Assembly: GCF_011386835.1 (NCBI RefSeq)
Contig: NC_088800.1
Span: 14,694,001-14,758,000, forward strand
Origin: Chrysemys picta bellii
Lineage: Eukaryota
Direction: 5' to 3'
Length of the DNA: 64,000 nucleotides
Shown: piece after piece, positions 36,420-48,403 of the stretch
Position numbering within the stretch: position 1 is the stretch's first letter
Layout: each line of letters starts with the position of its first letter
Notes under the pieces: model-generated
What the model saw: the letters and a program-made list of their open reading frames with translations, nothing else
What the model was told of the DNA's origin: nothing
Database searches by the model: none
Made by a program: the position numbers and the translations under genes

Positions 36420-38350
36420 CCAAGAGCCTTTAAAAATTGCAAGTCAAATCCTACTGAGCAAACTAGAAAGGAGCACAACTCTGACGAGTCAAGTGTAAAA
36501 GTATAATTAGGCAGGCCACAAAAGAATTTGAAGAGCAACTAGCAAAAGACAAAAACTAACAGCAATTTTTTTTAAGTGCATCAGAAGCAGAAAGCCTGCC
36601 AAACAATCAGTGGGGCCACTGGATGATCAAGGTGCTGAAGCAGCAGTCAGTGAAGACAAGGCAGTTGTGGAGACGCTAAATACATTTTCTGCATGGGTCT
36701 TCACTGCAGAGGATGTGAGGGAGAGTCCCACTCTTGACCCATTCTTTTTAGGTGGCAAATTTGAGGAACTGTCCAAGAGAGAAGTGTCAGTAGAGGAGGT
36801 CTTGGAACAAATTGATAATTTAAACAGCAATAAATCACCCAAGAGTTCTGAAGGAACTCAAATATGAAATAGGTTACATGCCACAGGTAGTAATTCTATT
36901 GTTTAAATGACTGGAGGATAGCTAATGTAAAACCAATTTAAAAAAAAAATGGCTCCAGAAGTGATTTTTAGAACTGCAGGTTGATGAGCCTAACTTCAGT
37001 ACCAGGCAAATTGTAAAGAACAGAATTTTCAGACACATAGATTAACATGATATGTTGCTGAAGAGTCAACATGGCATTTGTAAAAGGAAATCATGCCTCA
37101 CCAATCTATTCGAATTATTTGAGGGGGTCAACAAACAAGTAGACAAGGGTGATCCAGTGGATATAGTGTACTTGGACTTTCAGAAAGCCTCTGACAACAT
37201 CCTCACCAAAAACTCTTCAGCAAAATAAGCAGTCATAAGATAAGTGAGAAGATTGTCTCTTGGTTCAGGAAGTGTTTAAAAGATAGGAAACAAAGGATGG
37301 GAATTAATGGTCCGTTTTCACAGTGGAGAGAGCTAAATAGCAGGGTCTCCCAAGGATCTGTTCTGGGACCAGTGCTGTTCAACATATTCACAAATATTTA
37401 CAATGGCAAAGTTTGCAGAAGATACAAAATTACTCAAGACAGTTAAAATACAAAGCTGATTGTGAAGAGTTACAAAGAAATCTCACAAAACTGGGTGACT
37501 GGGCAACAAAATGGCAGATGAAATCCAATAAATGCAAAATAATACACATTGGAGAAAACAATCCCAATTATACATAAAAAAGATGGTGTCTAAATTTAGC
37601 TGTAAATTAGCAGTCAAAAAAGCTAACAGGATGTTAGGAACCATTAAGAAAGGGATAGATAATAAAACAGAAAATATCATAATGCCAATCTATAAATCCA
37701 GAATACTCCCACACCTTTAATACTGCATGCAGTTCTGGTCATCCCACCTCAAAAAAGATATATTAGAATTGGGAAAAGTACAGAGAAGGGAAACAAAAAT
37801 TATTAGGGTTATGGAACAGCTTCCATATTAGGAGAGATTAAAAAGATGGGAACTGTTTATCTTAGAAAAGAGATGATTAAGGGGGGGATATGATGTAGGT
37901 CTATAAAATCACAAATTGTGGAGAAAGTGAATAAGAAAGTGTTATTTACCCTTCACATAACACAAGAACCAGGGGTCAGTCAATGAAATTAATAGGTGTC
38001 AGGTTTAAAACAAACAAAAGGAAGTACTTCTTCGCTCAACACATAGTCAATCTATGGAACTCATTGCCAGGGGATGTTGAGAGGGCCAAAAGTATAACTG
38101 CATTCAAAAAGAGTTGCCTAAGTTCCTGGAGGATAGGTCCATCAATGGTTATTAGCCAAGATGGTCAGGGACACCCAGATGCTCTGGGTCTCCCTAAACT
38201 GCTGACTGCCAGAAGTTGGGACTGGATGACGGGATGGATTTCTCAAAATTGTCCTGTTTATTTCCTCTGAAGCATTTGGCACCAGCCACTGTTGGAAGAC
38301 AGGATACTGGGCTAGATGGAACATTGGTCTGACCTAGTATAGCTGTTCTT
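36420..38350 (+). mobile_element. CR1 LINE, 5'-truncated, ORF2 reverse transcriptase pseudogene
   Basis: KGDPVDIVYLDFQKA (~37145-37190), QGSVLGPVLFNIF (~37351), FAEDTKL for FADDTKL (~37412), PHL*YCMQFWS, 3' end GGTCTGACCTAGTATAGCTGTTCTT; many frameshifts and stops. Confidence 0.95.
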
Positions 38351-39404
38351 TTGTTAACCAAGTGTCATAGATAGTGGCTTCTGAACTTCAGGAGTAAGCA
38401 GTGTTGATGGATGGGAAGATAGCTGCATGGTCTTATTGGAGTGATGCAGAATGAGTGCAGGGTGGACTACAATTGAATGTGAAAGAGATAACTGTACAGT
38501 GTTCCCAGCTAAAACCTTCTTTCCAGGTCCTGGACCAATTGGCAACACTGCAATTGTGTAACACAAGGCCCTTCCCCTGTCAGTTGTGTTCTGGAGCGCT
38601 GAGTTCCTCTCTCTGGAGAGGGAATGATGTCTTTGGGCTAATCAGTTGGTCTTGAACCCCCAACCTCAACAGCCTCCTTTTCCCATCCCAGTCAATCTTG
38701 GTGGAGATTCTGGGGAAGAGTTGGTTGGAAAATGTTATAAAGAAACCTAACAACGATTGAAACATTTTGTTTTTAATTTGAAATGTTTTCAACAAAATTT
38801 TCCAACCAACTTCTACTTCAGAGTGACCGCTGCAAAGCCGGACTTCTTCTCTGGCTGCAGTAGCCCTACCATTGCTGTGTTGTACATCATCCAGACCCTT
38901 CTTTGCAAGTTAACCACAGGGGAGGAGTTGCCAAGGTGAACTGCACTGCACCAAGTCCAAAGGGAAATCCAGGGTTAATACAGGCTCCTTTTTTCAGTAG
39001 GATGTTTCCACCCTTCTGCAAACTAGGGTAGGTATAGGATATAACAAGCCTCCTGACATGTCATGGGCATGACATTCTCAGACTATGATTTTGGATGATG
39101 CATTGTGCCATAGGTGTGGCAGTTTTGTTCTGCACCACAATCATTTCAAGGTAGTGAGCGTGGGTTCATCCCTCCTAGTTCTTGATGGAGCAAAAGCCTT
39201 GATTCACATGGTGATGGCGGCTGCATTTGTAAGCCACTGTTCTTTGTATGTTGCCCTGATACTCTGAGGATGAGCGTCTTCTACAGCTTCCAGGTAGAGG
39301 AAATGGTTCTTTAGCTCAGGGTCAAGCTCAATCCCTGGTGGATGCCGAGATGGCAGCCATCACACTTACACCTGCCATAATCCTGCTTTGCATTTCTATG
39401 GCCT

Positions 39405-39590
39405 TTTGCATCCAAGGATCTCAAAGCACTTTGTTAAGATTAGGAAGTCTCACAAGACCACTGTTGCCCCCTCCCCCCAACAGGTAGATTTGCAGAAAGG
39501 GAAACCTGAAATGAAGTGACTTGCCTCAAAGGTGCATAGCAAGCCAGTGGCAGAACTGAGACAGAAACCAGGAGTCCTGCTTCCTACATT
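39405..39590 (+). mobile_element. MIR/CORE-type SINE remnant
   Basis: CATCCAAGGATCTCAAAGCACTTT...GAAGTGACTTGCCTCAAAGGT...GGCAGAACTGAGACAGAAACCAGGAGTCCTG. Confidence 0.45.
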
Positions 39591-39855
39591 TCTTAAGCCT
39601 GGGCATAAGTAAATTGCCATAGGTGACTTGCCTCATTTCTCAGTGGGCATGATTGGGAAGGTAAATGGATCAGTAGGCTAGAGACAGGGTGTCTGTACTA
39701 GCTGAGATAAGTGGGAATACCCTGCTGCCATTTACAATAGACAAAATAATCATTGAATGTAAAATGAGGTAAAGTGTATGACGTGCATGAACAGAGTATG
39801 CTGCACAGGAATTGGTTCCTGCAAAGTAACCAAGCCAATACCGAAGCATGTAATG

Positions 39856-40188
39856 CAGCGTTTCTCAAACTGGGGCCGCTGCTTGTGTAGGGAAAGCCCC
39901 TGGTGGGCCGGGCCGGTTTGTTTACCTGCCACGTCTGCAGGTCTGGCCGATCGCGGCTCCCACTGGCCGCGGTTCGCTGCTCCAGGCCAATGGGAGCTGC
40001 TGGAAGTGGCGGCCAGTACGTCCCTCGGCCCGCGCCACTTCCAGTAGCTCCCATTGCCCTGGAGCAGTGAACCGTGGCCAGTGGGAGCCGTGATCGGCCA
40101 GACCTGCGGACGGGGCAGGTAAACAAACTAGCCCGGCCCGCCCTGGGCTTTCCCTACACAAGCGGAGGCTCCAGTTTGAGAAACACTG
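39856..40188. mobile_element. Palindromic hAT MITE (CAGTGTTTCTCAAACT TIR variant)
   Basis: 333-bp imperfect palindrome; TIRs CAGCGTTTCTCAAACTGG / CCAGTTTGAGAAACACTG; perfect 8-bp TSD atgtaatg. Confidence 0.92.
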
Positions 40189-40196
40189 ATGTAATG

Positions 40197-40415
40197 TTAG
40201 GTTTCAGAGTAGCAGCCGTGTTAGTCTGTATCCGCAAAAAGAACAGGAGTACTTGTGGCACCTTAGAGACTAACAAATTTATTAGAGCATAAGCTTTCGT
40301 GGACTACAGCCCACTTCTTCGGATGCATCCGAAGAAGTGGGCTGTAGTCCACGAAAGCTTATGCTCTAATAAATTTGTTAGTCTCTAAGGTGCCACAAGT
40401 ACTCCTGTTCTTTTT
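40197..40415. mobile_element. Penelope-like element remnant containing a perfect 180-bp palindrome
   Basis: Head GTTTCAGAGTAGCAGCCGTGTTAGTCTG; 40236-40325 is the exact reverse complement of 40326-40415; 12-bp TSD actgatgtaatg (40185-40196, 40416-40427). Confidence 0.9.
40325..40364 (+). ncRNA. Minimal hammerhead ribozyme motif, U4C core variant (mirror copy on minus strand 40287-40326)
   Basis: GCAT-CCGAAGA-A-GTGGG(CTGTAG)TCCAC-GAAA-GCTT-ATGC. Confidence 0.6.
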
Positions 40416-40693
40416 ACTGATGTAATGCAATATATGGTTAGGATGCATGTGTTATTACTGTTGGTAAAAATGTATATTATGAAAAGTTTTTTGCTGAACA
40501 ACTTCGGATGTGTTATATACCGCACCCCCCCCCCATTCTTGTTATATACCATCCCCCCATGATCAACTCCGCATAGTTTTGCTGTATGCCAAGTAAAAAA
40601 AATCAGAGTGACAAGATTGGAGTCAAACTAAGTTCTTGGGGAACCGAGTGGAAGAGATCTCGGAGCAACCCCAACAATTTCTTGCTATTATAG

Positions 40694-40800
40694 TCAGCTC
40701 TTTGGGGCAGGGACTGTCTTTTTGTGCTGTATTTGTACAGTGCCCTACCTCAGTGCGTTCCTTGTCCATGACTGGGGCTATGGTAATACAAATAATAACA
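40694..40800 (+). mobile_element. L2-type 3' terminal fragment
   Basis: AGCTCTTTGGGGCAGGGACTGTCTTTT...TTTGTACAGTGCC...TACAAATAATAA tail. Confidence 0.5.
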
Positions 40801-41243
40801 GTGCATTTATCAAATGTCTTTTGGATTTTTGGAAATTGAACTTGTCATCAAAGGCTGTAAAAGAACCTGTTGTATCTCCAGACAGATACTTTCAGACAGA
40901 ATGAGAACAATTCTGTCTGATTCTTTCAGATCAAGAGAACAAGAAAACAAGAAAGAAGTAAAGTCTTCAGGAGAGAGAGTCTGAGAGCACAGTGTGTGAG
41001 AGAGAGACTCTGCTATAACAGTCTGTACTGAGTTCTGGGAACAAAATGGCTGCAGGGCACTGCACACAAGGAATGTACTTATTAAAAATTTAAAGGAGCA
41101 GTATACAAACAGCCATAAGTTGGATAGTCATATACACATCTAGATACAGGGGGACATTTATTTTCAAAAGGGTATTTTCTCTTTTGTGGATACAACTTGT
41201 ACCTCATACTTCAGCTGCATTTCAACGGCAAATTGGAGCACTC

Positions 41244-41338
41244 GTAATGGTCGGCAGCGGGTGGGATTGAATTTGGGACCTCTGGAGTTTAGTGCATGAG
41301 CCTCTACAGCATGAGCTAAAAGCCAACTGGCTGTTAGC
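41244..41338 (-). mobile_element. tRNA-derived (Pol III) SINE head
   Basis: Minus strand GCTTTTAGCTCATGCTGTAGAGGCTCATGCACTAAACTCCAGAGGTCCCAAATTCAATCCC has A-box-like and B-box-like segments; no intact cloverleaf. Confidence 0.6.
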
Positions 41339-41639
41339 AAACTCATCTCTCTCTCATATATAAAGAGAAATCAAGACACCCTTTAGTTCACAGAGGGAAC
41401 TGTGCTGCCTCCTTTGGCAAACCCTGGATCTCTACCCGTAAAGTCGTGGTTGCATTAGGCTCCTCCAAGTCCCCCACCACACCCCCTGAGCTATGTATTC
41501 TGTGGCTTCTGAGCCTGGTTTTTTGTTTGTTAGTTTTGTTTTTTAATTTAGGAAAATCAGCATGTTGCATTGCTGGTGGGAAGCGGGGGAAAGGAAGAGA
41601 AAGAGAAGCCAGAAAGAAAGAGCTGATTTTTTTTTTTAA

Positions 41640-41900
41640 AGGAATTAAAAAGTGGCAGTGGTAGTGAAGGGTAATTATCCCTCTGTTCCAGCTGAAATAC
41701 AATTAAGGCAGCTCTCCGTGAGCCCCCGGGATATTGTGGTTTACTAATTAACAAGCGGATATGCTGTGGCCCCTGTCAGGGCAATTATAGCACGAGACAG
41801 GCTTCAGGAGTTCTAATTACACATCAGTCTGCGACACACGCTGCAATACAAATTAACAAGGGGCCCTGGCTGGCATTAAAGGGAGCTTACCTAGCAAGTG
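41640..41900. promoter_or_regulatory. Candidate enhancer rich in homeodomain cores
   Basis: Eight TAAT/ATTA cores (41644, 41672, 41702, 41745, 41784, 41814, 41852, 41875) in unique sequence that also retains CpGs. Confidence 0.4.
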
Positions 41901-42479
41901 ATTACTGCCAGCCAGCAAGCTATGGGAGTCAGGGAAGGGGCATAGAGCTTCACAACAGCTGACGCAGACTCTGACCCAGAGCTGAGGCAGGGAGAATACC
42001 TGGGCTCTATTGGAGGCTGAGTTTAGAGCAGGATTTCATCGGAGCATTGTCAGCCTCATTGTTGTGATTTCCCCCCCACCCCGCCCCCACAGTATTTGCG
42101 GGTTTGGATTTTCAAAGCCAAAATTACTAATCCATGATATTCGAGTGAGTCAGAGGAATAAATAAGATGGGGCTAAATGCTGTGTCTCTCCCATTCGCTG
42201 GATATATACAGCACTTGTGTAGAATACATGTTGAGGGCCAGTGGGATATGAGAATGATTCCTCATGTCTGGAAGGGCCTTTAGCGACTTGTGTATGGTGG
42301 AGTGAAACCATGGACCAAACCACTCTAGCGACTGAAATATATAGCTGGCCTTGGCTCCAGGATGGGGTTACTTTTCTTACAAGGTATTTGTAGAGCAAGT
42401 TTTATATTTTAAATAGTAATAGGATAAAATGTAATAGTGAAAAGTGTAAGGTCATACATTTAGGGATTAATAACAAGAA

Positions 42480-43558
42480 TTTTTATTATAAGCTGCGGAC
42501 GCATCAGTTGGAAGTAACAGAGGAGGAGAAGGACCTCGGAGTATTGGTTGATCACAGGATGACTATGAGCCGCCAATGTGATATGGCTGTGAAAAAAGCT
42601 AATTTGGTCTTGGGATGCATCAGGCGAGGAATTTCCAGTAGAGATAAGGAGGTGTTAGTACCGTTATACAAGGCACTGGTGAGATCTCATCTGGAATACT
42701 GTGTGCAGTTCTGGTCTGCCATGTTTAAGAAGGATGAATTCAAGCTGGAACAGGTACAGAGAAGGGCTACTAGGATGATGCGAGGAATAGAAAACCTGTC
42801 TTATGAAAGGAGACTCAAAGCACTGGGCTTGTTTAGCCTAACCAAAAGAAGGCTGAGGGGAGATAGATTTCTAACTATAAATATATTAGAGAGATAAATA
42901 CCAGGGAGGGAGAGGAATTATTTAAGCTCACTACCAATGTGGACACAAAAACAAATGGATATAAACTGGCCATCAGGAAGTTCACACTTGAAATTAGACA
43001 AAGGTTTCCAACCACCAGAGGAATGAAGTTCTGGAACAGCCTTCCAAGGGGAGCAGTGGGGGCAAAAGACATATCTGGCTTCAAGACTAAGCTTGATAAG
43101 TTTATGGATGGGGATGGTATGATGGGATAGCCTAATTTTGGCAATTAATTGATCATTGACTATTCGCGGTAATATGCCCATTGACCTGTGATGGGATGTT
43201 AGATGGGGTGGGATCTGAGTTACTACAGAGAATTCTTTCCTGGCCATCTGGCTGGTGAGTCTTGCCCACATGCTCTGGGTTTAGCTGATTGCCATATTTG
43301 GGGTCGGACAGATTGGCAGAGGCCCTGGGCTTTTTTTGGCCTTCCCCTGCAGCGTAGGGCACGGGTCACTTGCTGGAGGATTCATTCTCTGCACTTTGAA
43401 GTCTTTAAACCACGATTTGAGGACTTCTATAGCTCAGACATAGGTTAGGGGTTTGATACAGGAGTGGGTGGTTGAGATTCTGTGGCCTGCGTTGTGCAGG
43501 AGGTCAGACTAGACCATCATAATAGTCCCTTCTGACCTTAAAGTCTATGAGTCTATGA
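42480..43558 (+). mobile_element. CR1 LINE 3' portion, relatively young
   Basis: ORF 42508-42897 (EEEKDLGVLVDHRM...HLEYCVQFWS...LEQVQRRATRM) is the CR1 ORF2 C-terminus; 3' UTR ends in TCTATGAGTCTATGA terminal repeats. Confidence 0.95.
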
Positions 43559-43741
43559 TTTTTAAATCCCACCTGCGATGTTCAGAGCGGGGTGTGCCTG
43601 TTGGACACTGTGAAGTTGTACACTGTAAAGTTGGAGCTTCCATACTGATGGTGCTCTTGCCTGGGTGCTGCTACCTGCAGAAGAAATGCTGATAGGCTTT
43701 CACCCTCACTGACCTCTTTATTTTTATTTTATTTTTTAGAG

Positions 43742-44074
43742 CAGTGTTTCCCAAACTTGGGACACCGCTTGTGTAGGGAAAGCCCCTGGCGGGCCGGGCC
43801 GGTTTGTTTACCTGCCGTGTCCGCAGGTCCGGCCGACTGCAGCTCCCATTGGCCGCAGATTGCTGCTCCAGGCCAATGGGAGCTGCGGGAAGTGGCAGCC
43901 AGTATGTCCCTCGGCCCGCTCCGCTTCCAGCAGCTCCCATTGGCCTGGAGCAGCGAACCGCGGCCAGTGGGAGCCGCGATTGGCTGGACCTGCCGACGCG
44001 GCAGGTAAACAAACCAGTCCAGCCTGCCAGGGGCTTTCCCTACACAAGTGGCGGCCCCAATTTGGGAAACACTG
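43742..44074. mobile_element. Palindromic hAT MITE (CAGTGTTTCCCAAACT TIR variant)
   Basis: 333 bp; TIRs CAGTGTTTCCCAAA / TTTGGGAAACACTG; TSD ttttagag/ttttaaag. Confidence 0.9.
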
Positions 44075-45711
44075 TTTTAAAGGAAGTGCCACCTGCTGGA
44101 CGCAGTACTTCCAGGAAAGGAGTCAGATCTCCTTGGGTCAGGGAGTTTGGGGGGTTAGGTTGAGATCTTGATTCTGGTGAAGGTTGACGTGAACATGAAG
44201 CTCTTCAGCTGAGAGAGGAAGGACAATATTTAATGGCCCTTACCAGTAGAATGTAAAAGCAAAGACCAGCCTCCAGAAAATCCATCCCAAGTTTTCCTGG
44301 GACAGCATTTCAGGCTGGGACAGGCATGTGGGACTTTGATTCCTCTCTCCTTTAAGTGTGTCTGTGGAGTAATTCCATTGAAGGCATTGTAGTTATACCA
44401 GCGTAAAGGAGAGGAGAATCCAGCCTGGGAGTTCTGCCCATGCCACGTGGATGTTCGAACAGTGCAGACAGTCCAATACAGCTCAGAGCTATGTACCTTG
44501 TTACCTGGTCTCAGTACCTGGGATATAACACTGGAATGAGCATCGCACACAGCCCATCCATACTGCTTTTATCCGTATTGGAAAAATGATTTCACACCAT
44601 TAAAGTATGGCAAGTTTTGGGTCCACGCCCAATAAGACTACAGTATTTGGAAACCATGTGACTGGTTACTTGGAGGAAGCCAACAGCCTGATTCTTGGCA
44701 GCATTGTTATTTAGCATTTATCTGTGTACAGTGCCAATCTGTCTGTCCGCAATGGGCAGAAAACTCATGATCCAGCCCCGCCAGCAATAGCCACGCTGGA
44801 AAGCTGCCTTGAGTCATGATTCTGGCACCATAGTGCTAGAGACCCATTTGGGAGAGTGGATTGCAGGTCCTGTCCACAACCAGAATTGCACCAGACTGAA
44901 CTAAACTCAGAAGGTTTCAAAGGCAGGTTAAGTAGACAGGCTTTTTCTGCTGCTGCTTCACTGAGCCTCTAGCTAAGAGGCTAAGGACATATTTCATTTA
45001 ATTCAACAATAACACAAAATATATGTAACCCTCCGCTCCAGCTGAGCTCCAGCAAATGAGATTTGCAAACAGCCAGCAGAGCATCCATCAGGCCTGCAAG
45101 CATCTGGCATCTGCCAAAGGAAAAGGATTCTCTGCTCTGCTCTGTCCCCTGAATAAAAGAAGTTGCTGCCTCTGAGGACATGTTATTCAGCTGCTGTTCA
45201 GCTCTGCAAAGAAACCCCATCAAGGCAGCAGGAGAAGAGTGGAGGAGAGGAGGAGGCTGGAAGGGCCTTGGAAGGTATTTGTCCCGCAGCAATCATGGCT
45301 TCGTTATGTTGCGGCTCGGGATGTTCTGCTCGGGCCGTATGCAGAGGCCTGGAAGAGAGTGGGGCAGGACTATGCATTCTGCTGGGATGGGGTGGAATGG
45401 AAGGTCCGGTGAGTGCCACATGGTAAAAGGATTTAACATATAGTGCACACTTCCCCCAGTTGCTGAGCTTCTTCCACTCTGACAAGCATGTGTCCCAGGA
45501 TCTCTGAGTGCCCCAAACCCACCCTCTGTCTGCAGCTGCTGGTTACTGCCCCTCCTCTCTCTCACCCTTGCAAGACAAAGGGCCCCACTTGATTTCCCCT
45601 CCCCAGCTGGCTGTTCCCTTGTGTTTTCTCTCCCCATCCTTGCCTAGATCTTTGGCCTGAGCTTGCCTCCCTTTCCAAGATGAGACCAGACCCCCAGCAA
45701 CCTCCCACCTA

Positions 45712-46170
45712 CAGGGCCGGCTCTGGCTTTTTGGCTGCCCCAAGCAAAAAAAAAAAAAAAAAATGGGGCGGCCAGAATGGCAAAGCAAAAAAAAAAAACA
45801 ACCCACCTGCGGCGCAGCCAGAGCGCGGGTGCAGGGGGACCGGCTGGGGGGGGAGGAGGATGGGGAGGGAGCAGGCAGGAGAGAGAGAGAAGGGGGCGGC
45901 TAGGGCTACAGCAGGGGCGCTGCCACGCGGCCCCTCCTGCTGCGCCGCCGCCTGCCGCGAGGGCTCCGCTCCGGTCGGCGGGGAGGGAAGGAAGAGGACT
46001 GCCCTGCAGGGCGCTCTGGTTCTCCGCGCCGCCGCCCCCTACAGGGCGGCCGGAGCGGAACAAAAAAAAAAAAAGCGGCCGTGCCGCCCTAGGATTAGGC
46101 AGAATGCCACTTCGAACAATCTGCCGCCCCAAGCACCAGCTTGCTCAGCTGGTGCCTGGAGCCGGCCCTG
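45712..46170. mobile_element. hAT MITE (CAGGGCCGGCTC TIR family) with internal A-tracts
   Basis: TIRs CAGGGCCGGCTC / GAGCCGGCCCTG; TSD cccaccta/cctaccta. Confidence 0.88.
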
Positions 46171-46719
46171 CCTACCTATTGCTAACTCCCCCTGACACCC
46201 TCCCTAGCCGTTCAAGTGATTTGGTTCTATGGTCTGTCCATCTGGGATCTAAAGGGGTAGGGATAGATGGGGTCTGTGGTCAAATGACTTCCTTTGGTGC
46301 CTGTTGTGTAGCATGTGTCTAGAACAATTCGGCACAGACATCCACTGGGGGATGGAAAAATCCCATCACAATCAAAGCCTGGCATTTTCATCCCCACTAG
46401 GATGCATGACTCATTCCTCGAATGACTGCGCAGCTGAACCGGGGCCTTTGCTGCAATAGTGCAATTATCCCAATGCACTTCCCTCCCTCTGCATGCCAAA
46501 CCCTCTCTCCTCAATTACCCCATTCCAGATGAGACCGGCTCAGTCATGTGGCCCTGCTGAGCTGTATCGCTGCTCTCCCTTCCACAAGGGATGTAGTACA
46601 GGAAGAGAGTGAGCTGCTGGCCTCTTGGGACCTGGGCAGTGACATGACTGTCAGGCACAGGCTGCCTAGGGTGAGGTTGAAGGGGGAACTTTAGTGCCCT
46701 TCCCCTTGTGTGGAGTATG

Positions 46720-46764
46720 GGACTCGATTGGCTGTGGCTGCTGCGCATGTGCGCGCGCACACAC

Positions 46765-46808
<44 letters not shown>

Positions 46809-47180
46809 CTACTTGCTTCCTATCGTCTACGGCTCAGCAACACAGCTATCCATTGGCCACCTCTGCTGCAAAGCAACAACAGTGGGGGAGGGGGGACAGT
46901 GCGCATGGCCTTGTTCAGAAGTCCCAGAATAAATCTCATTAACAAATGCAATTAATGGGAGCTGGGCCCCGTCCCCCTACCCACCCCAGACAGAGCCATA
47001 CATAAAAATAACTGTTTATTACACAGCAGGCGCAGCCTGGCTTATCGCTGCAGACAGGAAATTACAGCGCAGAGCTGCACGTTTCACTTTTAATAACTTT
47101 GGCAATAAAGCGTCTTGTCAAACGAGGCTGAGACAGCGCGATAATGAAGCTTCCGCAGGGCCCATAATTGCGCACTGTTC
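46720..47180 (+). promoter_or_regulatory. Candidate proximal promoter/enhancer ~10 kb upstream of the miRNA cluster
   Basis: ATTGG (reverse CCAAT) at 46727 and 46852; NRF1-like TGCGCATG at 46742 and 46900; TATA-like CATAAAAAT ~47000; CpG-retaining unique block 47010-47175. Confidence 0.4.
46742..46808. repeat. Alternating purine-pyrimidine tract (CG/CA/TA microsatellite)
   Basis: Unbroken 67-bp alternation TGCGCATGTGCGCGCGCACACACACATATATACACA...CACGC. Confidence 0.95.
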
Positions 47181-48403
47181 TCCCAGGGCTAAGCCAGCAA
47201 AGTGGGGCGATTGGGAGGGTCACCTGCTTTCCGCCCCATGTGGGCTGCCCCAGCAGCAGTAGGGCACTTCCACCCCTAATTCCTAAAACTATGTTAATCC
47301 AGTCACCCTGTTCCTTGGGGGCAAAGGCAGGATTGTTCCTCCTCCTCTATGGTGTTCGTGGTATTGTCTCCCTCTTCCTTGCCCCCACGTGCCCAATACC
47401 AGCGCTCTGCTCTGTCTGAAATCTAATGTCTCTTGGCAACCTCTCCCCCAGCACTGCAATGCCGTGACACCCTGCAAGGTGTCATCTCCTCCCTCAGACC
47501 TGGTCAGAGGAGATGGCCTGTGCTTGCTCCTGGCTTTGTGGCCTCCTCCATTGCATTCAGCACACCAGGAAGGCTGCACTCGGTGTCTGGATATCTAAGG
47601 GCAAGGAGGGATGGTGCCAGGGAGAGAGAGGAGGTTATTGCTGTGGGTGAGTGAAAGGAAGCAGCAGGATCTCTCTCTGTAGGGCATTGCCCTGTGCAGA
47701 GAGTCCGCAGCTGACCAGCATCAGCCATCTTCATGGCTGCTATATGTGCTGCCCAATAGGGTTTCTTCTGCCTCCATCAGAAGGAACGCAATCTCCCTTG
47801 CACTTGTCTCTTCCTCTGCACGGTGAAAAGATTCAGGCTGCAGCCACAGCGGGATTATCAAGGATGTGAGGCAGTTGGATGGAGATGGGAAAAAGAGATG
47901 GGAAGAGTGCTAGGCCCTGGCAACTACTGACCCATCAGCATACCCCTGCTCCTTGCTGAGGTCATCATCCGCTAGAGAGGCTTACCTAGGCGTAAACTGT
48001 TGGCTTCCATGGTTGTCTCTATTCAGTTAGTATTTATGGCTTCTCCCCACATCTGCCATTAGCTGTCCGTATACAGCAGTGACCTCTTGGCCAGACTTCT
48101 TGCCTTCCTGCTCTTGAGCTTGTTGTGGTTGACTGACAATGTGAGACAAGCTGCCAGCCTGAGTCCAGCTCCTCATAGGCATGTGTCCACCTCACCACAC
48201 ACCACTGGCACCTTTGCTGGCCATCTCAGCAGAGGGACCATGGAGACTGAACTCTCCTGCCATCTGCAGAAGTGGCCCCTCCAGATCAGGGATGGAGGCA
48301 GATGCTCCGAGGGGCAATGTGGGGAGAAGGAGAGCTCCTAGTATCACCTCCTGTGCTGAACCTCTCCTATGGAGTAACAGGAGAATTCAGTCTCCAGCAC
48401 TCA

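Noticed and set aside
42508-43271. ORFs of 129, 63, 89 and 117 aa
   Set aside because: They are CR1 ORF2 remnants or their antisense frames, not host genes.
45644-46322. Longest ORFs in the window (162-181 aa)
   Set aside because: They run through a GC-rich MITE and its A-tracts (poly-Lys/Phe); artefacts.
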